From: an uncultured Bdellovibrionales bacterium
GTDB taxonomy: Bacteria; Patescibacteriota; Minisyncoccia; Moranbacterales; UBA1568
Direction: 5' to 3'
Assembly: GCA_964543815.1 (NCBI GenBank)
Contig: CAZIZG010000001.1
Span: forward strand, 116,265 to 180,264
Length of the DNA stretch: 64,000 bases
A program made the translations under genes and the position numbers. Shown in pieces: positions 56,941 through 64,000 of the stretch. The stretch's first letter is position 1. Every line of letters starts with the position of its first letter. The notes under the pieces are model-generated. The model ran no database searches. It was not told the DNA's origin and worked only from the letters and a program-made list of their open reading frames with translations.

Positions 56941-57339
56941 CTACGCTTTGGACTCTTCGACCGGTGCTGCCTCTGTCGTCTCCTCTCCTTTGGGAGCTTC
57001 GGTCTCCGCTGCCACCTCTTCTGCTTTTGCTTCTTCAGAAGCTTCATCCACTACTGGCTCTTCCTTGGCTACTGGACGTGGCATTTTCTTGGCAACCTTC
57101 TTGCCAGTCACGATACCCTCACGAACAAGCATATTATGAACGGCATCAGACACCTGAGCACCCTGGGAAACCCAGTACAAGATACGATTCTTATTCAAGA
57201 GAGTTGTCTTTTTGTGTGGATCATAGCTCCCAAGAATCTCAACATGACGCTTACCTGGAGCTTTAGTATGTTCCTGAACAACAACACGAAAATGAGCACG
57301 ATTTCGTTTCCCTGTACGATTGAGACGGATAGCCAGCAT
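56941..57339 (-). CDS. rpsP: 30S ribosomal protein S16 with acidic C-terminal tail
   Basis: MLAIRLNRTGKRN..FRVVV, EILGSYDP, YWVSQGAQVSD.V. Confidence 0.97.
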   Translation of the reverse strand: MLAIRLNRTGKRNRAHFRVVVQEHTKAPGKRHVEILGSYDPHKKTTLLNKNRILYWVSQGAQVSDAVHNMLVREGIVTGKKVAKKMPRPVAKEEPVVDEASEEAKAEEVAAETEAPKGEETTEAAPVEESKA

Positions 57340-57498
57340 AGCAATAAACAGTATTAAGATAAACTTGTCCGTCCGAAGGCTTTTTCACGCCATAGGAGGA
57401 TACAAGCGCCATTCTAGCCTATTTCTCTGTCTCTGTCAATTCCCCTTACAAGTAATCAAAAAAAATATTAATATTCTGTCACATGCCGAGGAAATACC

Positions 57499-58156
57499 CT
57501 AATTTTCGACAGCAACCTTTTCAAGCACAACACGAAAGATAGGAAAACGACATTTCATATCATTCTCATCGTACAAAGATTTAAACTGCCCTGTTTCCTC
57601 CATTGTAAGTACGACCCCCTTCGGAAGAACCTTCTCAAGACTTTCCTGTAGGTTATGTCCAATCTCACCAAAAAATGGTGAGATACGAGCTTTTCCTCCA
57701 ATTCTCAGTACTCGAGCAGCCTCCTCAACCATCTTAATTCTAGCCTCAAATCCCAAATGCTCTACCAAGATGATTACTTAAAATCCAATCAAATGATTCA
57801 TTAGCAAATGGAAGCTGTTGAGCTAAGCCAGCAATCGGTTGAGCACCAGGGACCACATAGCCTTCAGATTCATCTTTGCCATTCTTAAAAAGTTTCTTCC
57901 GGTGCTTCTCATCCGCAAAATCAATACTCAATGAAACAATGTCACAATCTATACCTGCCTCCTGAGTTTCTCGTTCAAAGGTGAGTCGCTCACCAGCTCC
58001 CAAATTCAAAACTCGTTTTCCCTCAAGTTCATTCACTTTAAAGTTAAGTTGTTCCTCATACATCCTTACCCCCCTATCCAAAACATCGGCATACCTACTC
58101 CTATCTATTGTGTTCCTCTGATAAGACATATCGCCCGCCATTGGTTTTTCCATCAT
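57499..58156 (-). pseudogene. Class I SAM-dependent methyltransferase split by a frameshift near 57768
   Basis: 57746-58156 has VLNLGAG and LPFANESFDWILS; 57499-57768 continues VEHL...EAARVLRIGGKARI in another frame. Confidence 0.75.
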
Positions 58157-58172
58157 AGTTCGTAAAAATTAT

Positions 58173-60464
58173 CTAATGAGACTGAAATTTTCCTCCTTCA
58201 CCAATCTGATCCAGGCGAATAGAAAGTAGCTGAGAGACACCATCGGCGCCCATAGCCACTCCATAGAGGAGGGCTGCCTGTTCCATCGTCTGGCGGTTAT
58301 GAGTAATAGCAATGAATTGAGTATGGTCAGAAAGCTCTTGAAGCATCTTGGAGAACCGACGGGAGTTGGCCTCATCGAGCGCCGCTTCCACTTCATCGAG
58401 CACCGCAAACGGAGGTGGGTTATGAGAAATAATCGCAAAAAGAAGTGCCAACGACGTCAGTGACCGCTCACCACCGGAAAGCATCGACAAATTGGTAATC
58501 TTTTTTCCGGGTGGACAGGCAAAAATATCAATCCCGATCTCTTCTGGTTCTAAACTATCCTCATCATTCTCTGTACCATCATCATTCTCCTCGGTAATTT
58601 TACGTCGCTTGATTTTTACCATGTTTAATTCAGCTTTTCCACCACCGAAAATAATTTTAAAGTAAGCTTCAAACTTCTTACGAATCTGATCAAAGGCCTG
58701 TTCAAAAACCCCGTCAATTTTTTGATCCATTTCTTTCACCACAACGCGTAGCGATTCAATCGCTTGCTTCAGGTCAGCCGACTCGTGAGTGAGAAACTGA
58801 TAACGCCGCTCTGTTTCCTCAAACTCCTCCACCACCATTGGATCTATGGTTCCGATATGTTCCACCTCCACCTTGAGCCTTTGCACTTCCCGCTCCAGCC
58901 TCTCCCGATCCACTTCAGTACCATCATAGCGTAAATCAGCTACCTTCATATGAAGCTCTTCCTGCACTAGGTTAACCAGGTCCTCCTCACGTACCTCCAC
59001 CCGAGCTAGTCGGACCTTTACCTCGTTTAAGTTATCCTTGAGCACTGTGAGCTGACGCTCACGCTCACGCCAGAGTTTTTCTTTTACAAAAAACGTTTCA
59101 CGACTGGTACGACTCGTTTCACGATAAGAAGAGAGTTCTGCTTCTTTCGTCACAATGAGTTTCTGTAACTGCTCCAACTTTTTATTGAGAACCTCCTTCT
59201 CCTTGAGATACGTCGCCAGGCGCTCATCACTTGCCCGCTTTTCATCATCAGGCAAAGCGATGATTTTCTTCTCTTTGACACTCCCTTCACCAGCTTTGAC
59301 ATCTAAGTCATGCATTTTTTGCTTGATGACTTGGGCAAACTCCCGAATATCTTGTAAATCCTCAAGACGCTCAACGTTCTGAATCCGCTCAATGAGCTCC
59401 GCCTGATGGGTTCGAATTTCATCAAGCGCGCGCCGGACATAGTTCAAATCAACCGGGATAATCCGAATTACCTCTTCCGTCTTCTGCTTCTCACGTTCTA
59501 TTTCCATCTTACCCTCAAGAACGCTCCGATCACGAAGAAGAACATTCCCCTCTTCTCGTAAACGCGAAAGCTCCTGACTAAGCGCTTCCTCCTGACCCTG
59601 ATCTTCCATGCTCGCTGATGCCTCCGATACCTCCCGTTCGAGGGTATTAGTCTCTACTCCAATATCAAATACAGATTTTTCCAACACATCACGCTCAGCC
59701 ACCAACTTACCACGCTCTCCCTGAAAGTTGTCCCAAAGGTAGCTATACAAGAGCACCTGTTTCTCTTTTAATTTTTGCGCAATATCTTTTCCCTGCGAAG
59801 CCTTCTCTGCCTGACGCCTCAGGTTTTTCAAGTGCGGTTCAATCTCAAGACACAAGGCATCGACACGCACCAGATTCTCTCGAGTACTTTCTAACTTTCG
59901 AAGAGCCCGCTCTTTTTCTATTTGATACTGTTTGACACCTGCTGCGTCCTCAAAAATAGAACGTCGCTCCACTGCCGTAGCATTCAAAATAGCATCAGAC
60001 ATACCCTGGGTAATAACAGAGTAGCTGTCCTTGCCAATACCGGCCTTAGCGAGCAAATCAACCACATCCAAGAGACGTACCCGTGAACCATTAATCAGAT
60101 ATTCGCTTTCACCGCTACGATAAATCTTACGAGCAATAGACACCTCGGCAAACTCAATAGGAATTCGTTTGTCAGAATTATCAAAATAAAGCGTCACTGA
60201 AGCGGTCCCCAGGCGAGTCTTTTGATCAGTGCCAGCAAAAATAACGTCCTCAGATTTTTTCCCACGTAGGTTTTTGGATGACTGCTCACCAATAGCCCAG
60301 CGAATTGCATCGGCCACATTGGATTTCCCAGAACCATTAGGACCAACGATAGCCGTGATGCCACACTTACCACCATCGGCAATAGTGCATTCCGGCAAAA
60401 AATCCAGCGTCGTTTTATTCGCAAACGACTTAAAACCACTAATTTCGAGTTTCTTGAGATACAT
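58173..60464 (-). CDS. smc: Chromosome segregation protein SMC (short, no recognisable hinge)
   Basis: GFKSFA, VGPNGSGKSN..DAIRW, ITQG, FEDAAGV, LSGGERSL, VLDEVEAALDEAN, ITHN; 763 aa. Confidence 0.92.
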   Translation of the reverse strand: MYLKKLEISGFKSFANKTTLDFLPECTIADGGKCGITAIVGPNGSGKSNVADAIRWAIGEQSSKNLRGKKSEDVIFAGTDQKTRLGTASVTLYFDNSDKRIPIEFAEVSIARKIYRSGESEYLINGSRVRLLDVVDLLAKAGIGKDSYSVITQGMSDAILNATAVERRSIFEDAAGVKQYQIEKERALRKLESTRENLVRVDALCLEIEPHLKNLRRQAEKASQGKDIAQKLKEKQVLLYSYLWDNFQGERGKLVAERDVLEKSVFDIGVETNTLEREVSEASASMEDQGQEEALSQELSRLREEGNVLLRDRSVLEGKMEIEREKQKTEEVIRIIPVDLNYVRRALDEIRTHQAELIERIQNVERLEDLQDIREFAQVIKQKMHDLDVKAGEGSVKEKKIIALPDDEKRASDERLATYLKEKEVLNKKLEQLQKLIVTKEAELSSYRETSRTSRETFFVKEKLWRERERQLTVLKDNLNEVKVRLARVEVREEDLVNLVQEELHMKVADLRYDGTEVDRERLEREVQRLKVEVEHIGTIDPMVVEEFEETERRYQFLTHESADLKQAIESLRVVVKEMDQKIDGVFEQAFDQIRKKFEAYFKIIFGGGKAELNMVKIKRRKITEENDDGTENDEDSLEPEEIGIDIFACPPGKKITNLSMLSGGERSLTSLALLFAIISHNPPPFAVLDEVEAALDEANSRRFSKMLQELSDHTQFIAITHNRQTMEQAALLYGVAMGADGVSQLLSIRLDQIGEGGKFQSH

Positions 60465-60642
60465 GGAAAACAAATTTCAAAGCTCAAACAGCCATCAAAC
60501 ACAAACTACCAAAAATGGCCCTGTTTAAAAAAGCATCTGATTCGTCAACTGGCGAATTGATATCACCTAGAGTATATCGCATTTCAGGATAAAAGAAAAA
60601 ACGCGCTCGCGCGCGCCTATCCCTCACATACTCATTAAAACT

Positions 60643-61341
60643 CTACTGCCAACCCTTGGCCAGAAGTGCCTGTTTGGCTGCCTCACGCTGGGCTTCCTGC
60701 TTAGATGAACCAGTCCCCTCGGCCACTTTTTCTTCGCCCAGATATACTCCGGCAATAAAGTTCCGATCATGGTCAGGCCCCCATTCCTTAAGGACCCGAT
60801 ATCCTGGTGTTACCCCCATTTTTTCCTGAGCCAACTCCTGAAAACGACTCTTGGCGTCAGTATGCAAACCCTGCTCAAACACCTCTGGCAAATGACTAAT
60901 AACCGTCTCCAAAATAAAATGTTTTGCCGCATCATACCCCTGATCGAGATAGAGCGCCCCAATGACAGCCTCCATAGCATTGGCGACGAGGTATCCACGT
61001 GCTCGGCCAGTATCCTTCGCTTCACCACGGCTCATAAGGAGATGGTGCTGCAACCCAAGATCGCTTCCGATTTTGGCCAGCATATCACCATTGACGAGTG
61101 CCGCTCGAAAACTGGTCAGTTCCCCTTCCGGATTTTCATAATTATGAAAAAGATTCTCAGTTACCACGAGCTCGAGAACGGCGTCGCCCAAAAATTCCAA
61201 ACGCTCATTGTGAGGATAACCATAGCCCTTATGTTCGTTTAAATACGAACGATGTGTTAAAGCCTCCTGAAAAAGCGCTATTTGTCGTACATCAATGTTC
61301 AGTTCCTGCTTCAGTTTTTCTATATCGATTTCTCTACTCAT
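60643..61341 (-). CDS. rnc: Ribonuclease III
   Basis: ALTHRSY, NERLEFLGDAVL, EAVIGALYLD, dsRBD. Confidence 0.98.
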   Translation of the reverse strand: MSREIDIEKLKQELNIDVRQIALFQEALTHRSYLNEHKGYGYPHNERLEFLGDAVLELVVTENLFHNYENPEGELTSFRAALVNGDMLAKIGSDLGLQHHLLMSRGEAKDTGRARGYLVANAMEAVIGALYLDQGYDAAKHFILETVISHLPEVFEQGLHTDAKSRFQELAQEKMGVTPGYRVLKEWGPDHDRNFIAGVYLGEEKVAEGTGSSKQEAQREAAKQALLAKGWQ

Positions 61342-61387
61342 AGTAGTGGCTCAATCTTTAAGAAAAAAGCGTCAATGAATGAACGCT

Positions 61388-61960
61388 TTACTCTCCTGTC
61401 TTCTTTTTCTTGGAAGAAGTCTTTTTCGTTTTCTTTGGTGGAGCTGACAAATTATTAGTTTCTTCTTCTACTGAAACATTCTCTTTCACTTCATCCTTAC
61501 TATGATTTTTGTGATTTTCAGAGGTATCATCCTTCATCGGCTCACCCATTTCCCGATAGATAGTACCAAGTACTCCGTTCACAAAACGCGGGCTTGCCTC
61601 GCTTCCAAAAGTTTTGGCGAGCTCGATAGCCTCATTGATAGCTACCTTGGGCGGCACCTCATCATAATTGCCAAACATGAGCTCGTAGATACCGAGACGG
61701 AGAACATTACGATCCACCACTGTCACCTGTTCAAGAGGCCACTCTGGCGCACACTTTTCAATGAGCTTGTCGATAGTGGAACGTTCACGGAGCGTCCCCT
61801 CCATCAGGTGTTCAGCAAATATCGTGTCTTCCAGTCCAGGAGCGAATTCGGCAATATTATGCCTCAGAATATCACGAGCGTGTTCATCGTGTTTACCCAA
61901 AAAATCCCATTCGAAGAGGGACTGCATTGCTACTGATCTTTGAAGATGCCGATTTGCCAT
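61388..61960 (-). CDS. nusB: Transcription antitermination factor NusB
   Basis: [45 protein letters not shown]. Confidence 0.97.
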   Translation of the reverse strand: MANRHLQRSVAMQSLFEWDFLGKHDEHARDILRHNIAEFAPGLEDTIFAEHLMEGTLRERSTIDKLIEKCAPEWPLEQVTVVDRNVLRLGIYELMFGNYDEVPPKVAINEAIELAKTFGSEASPRFVNGVLGTIYREMGEPMKDDTSENHKNHSKDEVKENVSVEEETNNLSAPPKKTKKTSSKKKKTGE

Positions 61961-62037
61961 TTTTATTTTACTGCCTGAAACACATACATTGTTACTCCTC
62001 TCATTCTACAACGAAAGGAGCAAAGATCTAGGAGTTT

Positions 62038-62244
62038 CTAAGCAGACTTTTTGGTTGCCTCCAACTTGGGAGCCATTTTAACGACTTCGCGTCCTTTATA
62101 AAAACCACAGGCCGGACAGGCGCGGTGTGACAAAACTCGGGCTTTGCACTTTGGACATTCCTGAGTATTTACCAACTGCACATCATATTGCTTGCGAGCA
62201 CGATCGCGACGATGTCTGGTGTGTCTTTGCTTTGGTAGAGCCAT
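62038..62244 (-). CDS. rpmF: 50S ribosomal protein L32 (Zn-ribbon form)
   Basis: MALPKQR, CPKC...HRACPACGFYKGR. Confidence 0.97.
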   Translation of the reverse strand: MALPKQRHTRHRRDRARKQYDVQLVNTQECPKCKARVLSHRACPACGFYKGREVVKMAPKLEATKKSA

Positions 62245-62314
62245 AACAGTAGCTACTGCACTTGAAAATTTACGTTGTCCTCAATCTAACACGCCTTTCC
62301 TGTTTTGGCAAGAT

Positions 62315-63025
62315 TTAGCCCCTCCTTGGCTTCAAAACACTTGAAAAACGCTTATTGACATTCTCCGGAAGCGACAACTGGACTGGCTTAAACGACAGAC
62401 GATGAATGGGGGTGGGGCCATATTTCCGAAGGGCCTCCATATGCATCTTGGTGCCATAGCCCTTGTGCTTGGCAAAGCCATATTCCGGATAATGCTTATC
62501 ATATTCCATAATCATATGATCCCGGGTCACTTTAGCGATGATGGAAGCGGCAGCGATGGATTTGACGCTTCCATCCCCGCCAACTATCGTTTCCTGTCTC
62601 AGGGAAAGATTGGGTATCATCTGATTACCATCAACGAGCAGCACGAGCTCTTCTTTTTTCTGGACATTATATATTTTTCGCTCGAGATCCGACACTGCTG
62701 ACTTCATCGCTAGAAATGTGGCCTCCAAAATATTAATCCGATCAATGGTATCAGCATGTGCCATCCCAATTCCAACAAAAAAATGTTCTTGAATGAAGTT
62801 ATGAATTTTTTCTCGTTGTTTCTCTGAAAGCTTTTTTGAGTCTCGGATAAGGGAAAATTCCTTTTCCAATCCTGGAGGAATAATAAAGTCTCCGTGTTTG
62901 TAACACACAGCAGCAGCCACCACTGGACCACAAAGTGGCCCCCTACCCGCTTCGTCCACCCCCACGACCAAAACACCGCCTTTCGTGGTAATTTCTCGTT
63001 CCTTTTCGAAGGTTGTTTCTTGCAT
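62315..63025 (-). CDS. rnhB: Ribonuclease HII
   Basis: GVDEAGRGPLCGPVVAAA, DSKKL, LVDGN, SIAAASIIAKVTRD, HKGYGT; start at MQETT. Confidence 0.97.
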   Translation of the reverse strand: MQETTFEKEREITTKGGVLVVGVDEAGRGPLCGPVVAAAVCYKHGDFIIPPGLEKEFSLIRDSKKLSEKQREKIHNFIQEHFFVGIGMAHADTIDRINILEATFLAMKSAVSDLERKIYNVQKKEELVLLVDGNQMIPNLSLRQETIVGGDGSVKSIAAASIIAKVTRDHMIMEYDKHYPEYGFAKHKGYGTKMHMEALRKYGPTPIHRLSFKPVQLSLPENVNKRFSSVLKPRRG

Positions 63026-63106
63026 AAAATCATTATATACTATTAATAGGTAACTTCCCTGCAACGTCCAAGGAGCAATCCGGGCAATGAGGGAATTCAC
63101 AACCAT

Positions 63107-63210
63107 GTCAAAATTTAAACTCCAAATTTCAAATCCCGCTTATTCTGCGGTTTTTATTTTGGTTTTTTAACCCTATACTTGTATATTTGAATTTTGAAAT
63201 TTAGATTTAC
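63107..63210. repeat. AT-rich imperfect inverted repeat of ~7-nt units between divergent rnhB and dnaE
   Basis: TCAAAATTTAAACTCCAAATTTCAAA ... TTTGAATTTTGAAATTTAGATTT. Confidence 0.5.
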
Positions 63211-63211
63211 T

Positions 63212-64000
63212 ATGTCATTTACCCACCTCCACGTCCATTCACACTACTCACTCCTCACGGCGCTTCCAAAAGTAGACGATCTCCTGAAGCGCGCTCAGGA
63301 ACTCGGAATGACTTCCTTGGCTCTCACCGATACTTCAGCCCTGTACGGAGCTGTTGAATTTTATATGCACGCCAAAGACTATGGTATCAAGCCAATCATC
63401 GGCGCCGAAGTCTTTGTTTGCAAAGATCTCTATAGCAAAAACAATACTTCTGAGGATCGGCGACGCACCCAGCTCGTACTTCTTGCTAAAAACAACGTGG
63501 GATACAAAAATCTCATGAAAATTATCTCTGTAGCGCAACTTGATGGTTTCTACTATAAAGCCCGCACCGATAAAAAACTCTTGAAACAATACAGCGAAGG
63601 ACTCATCGCCCTCTCGGGATCTCTTCAGGGTGAAGTGCCATCAGAAATTATTTACGGCAACTACGAGCGAGCTAAGCTTGCCGCTCTCGAATACCAGGAA
63701 ATTTTCGGTCAAGATAATTTCTATCTTGAACTCGGACCACATACTGATATAGAAAATCAGGTAGCTGCCAATCAAGGACTGGTCCAAATAAGTCAGGAAA
63801 CCGGTATTCCAGTAGTGGCCGCAGTTGATGTTCATTATGTAAAACGAGAAGATGCCTCCACTCAGGATATTCTCCTCGCTATCCGAGATAACAAAAAAGT
63901 CACCGATACGGAACGTTTTAGCATGATGTCGCTCGACTTGTCGCTACGCTCGACAGAGGAAATGACAGAAATTTTTCATGACATCCCTGAGGCCATCCTG
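63212..64000 (+). CDS. dnaE: DNA polymerase III alpha subunit, N-terminal PHP domain (truncated by window edge)
   Basis: Manual translation MSFTHLHVHSHYSLL..., ALTD, GAVEFY, IKPIIGAE, LLAKN..GYKNL, FYYK.R.D, FYLEL; not in ORF track because no stop in window. Confidence 0.95.
   Translation, partial: MSFTHLHVHSHYSLLTALPKVDDLLKRAQELGMTSLALTDTSALYGAVEFYMHAKDYGIKPIIGAEVFVCKDLYSKNNTSEDRRRTQLVLLAKNNVGYKNLMKIISVAQLDGFYYKARTDKKLLKQYSEGLIALSGSLQGEVPSEIIYGNYERAKLAALEYQEIFGQDNFYLELGPHTDIENQVAANQGLVQISQETGIPVVAAVDVHYVKREDASTQDILLAIRDNKKVTDTERFSMMSLDLSLRSTEEMTEIFHDIPEAIL

Noticed and set aside
1-64000. Alternative genetic code 25 (TGA=Gly), DGR or retron
   Set aside because: TGA terminates genes with ATGA coupling and all conserved proteins are full length in code 11; no reverse transcriptase or TR/VR pair seen

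Overview
Chromosomal fragment of a Patescibacteria (CPR; Parcubacteria-like, possibly Ca. Moranbacteria; inferred from gene content) bacterium using genetic code 11, with most genes on the minus strand. Left part: cell-envelope glycan locus (GT2, Wzx flippase, priming sugar transferase, epimerase, GT4s, GT-C-like protein) containing the RNase P RNA and a membrane-anchored Clp-like ATPase. Middle: housekeeping genes (ABC-F, ispH, archaeal-type pyrH, proS, truD, two HtrA paralogs, PPIase, FtsB-like, VirD4/TraG-like ATPase, dnaX), tRNA-Gln(TTG) and a downstream accessory block. Right: a six-gene hydrogenase-4-related (Ehr/Hyf-like) membrane complex next to dedA and a CPA1 Na+/H+ antiporter, then rplL/rplJ with L10 leader, rpsP, a frameshifted methyltransferase, a short SMC, rnc, nusB, rpmF, rnhB and the start of dnaE. 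Most notable: (1) the Ehr complex has lost every canonical metal ligand, including all four Fe-S cysteines of its small subunit, while the ORFs remain intact; (2) a cytidine-deaminase/Pol-beta nucleotidyltransferase fusion bracketed by ~21-nt direct repeats in a tRNA-anchored gene array; (3) six GC-rich orphan genes built as self-contained promoter-hairpin-SD-ORF-terminator cassettes; (4) a hinge-less SMC, a catalytically dead HtrA and palindromic in-frame insertions plus a candidate slippery site in dnaX. No CRISPR array, integrase, transposase or prophage was seen.
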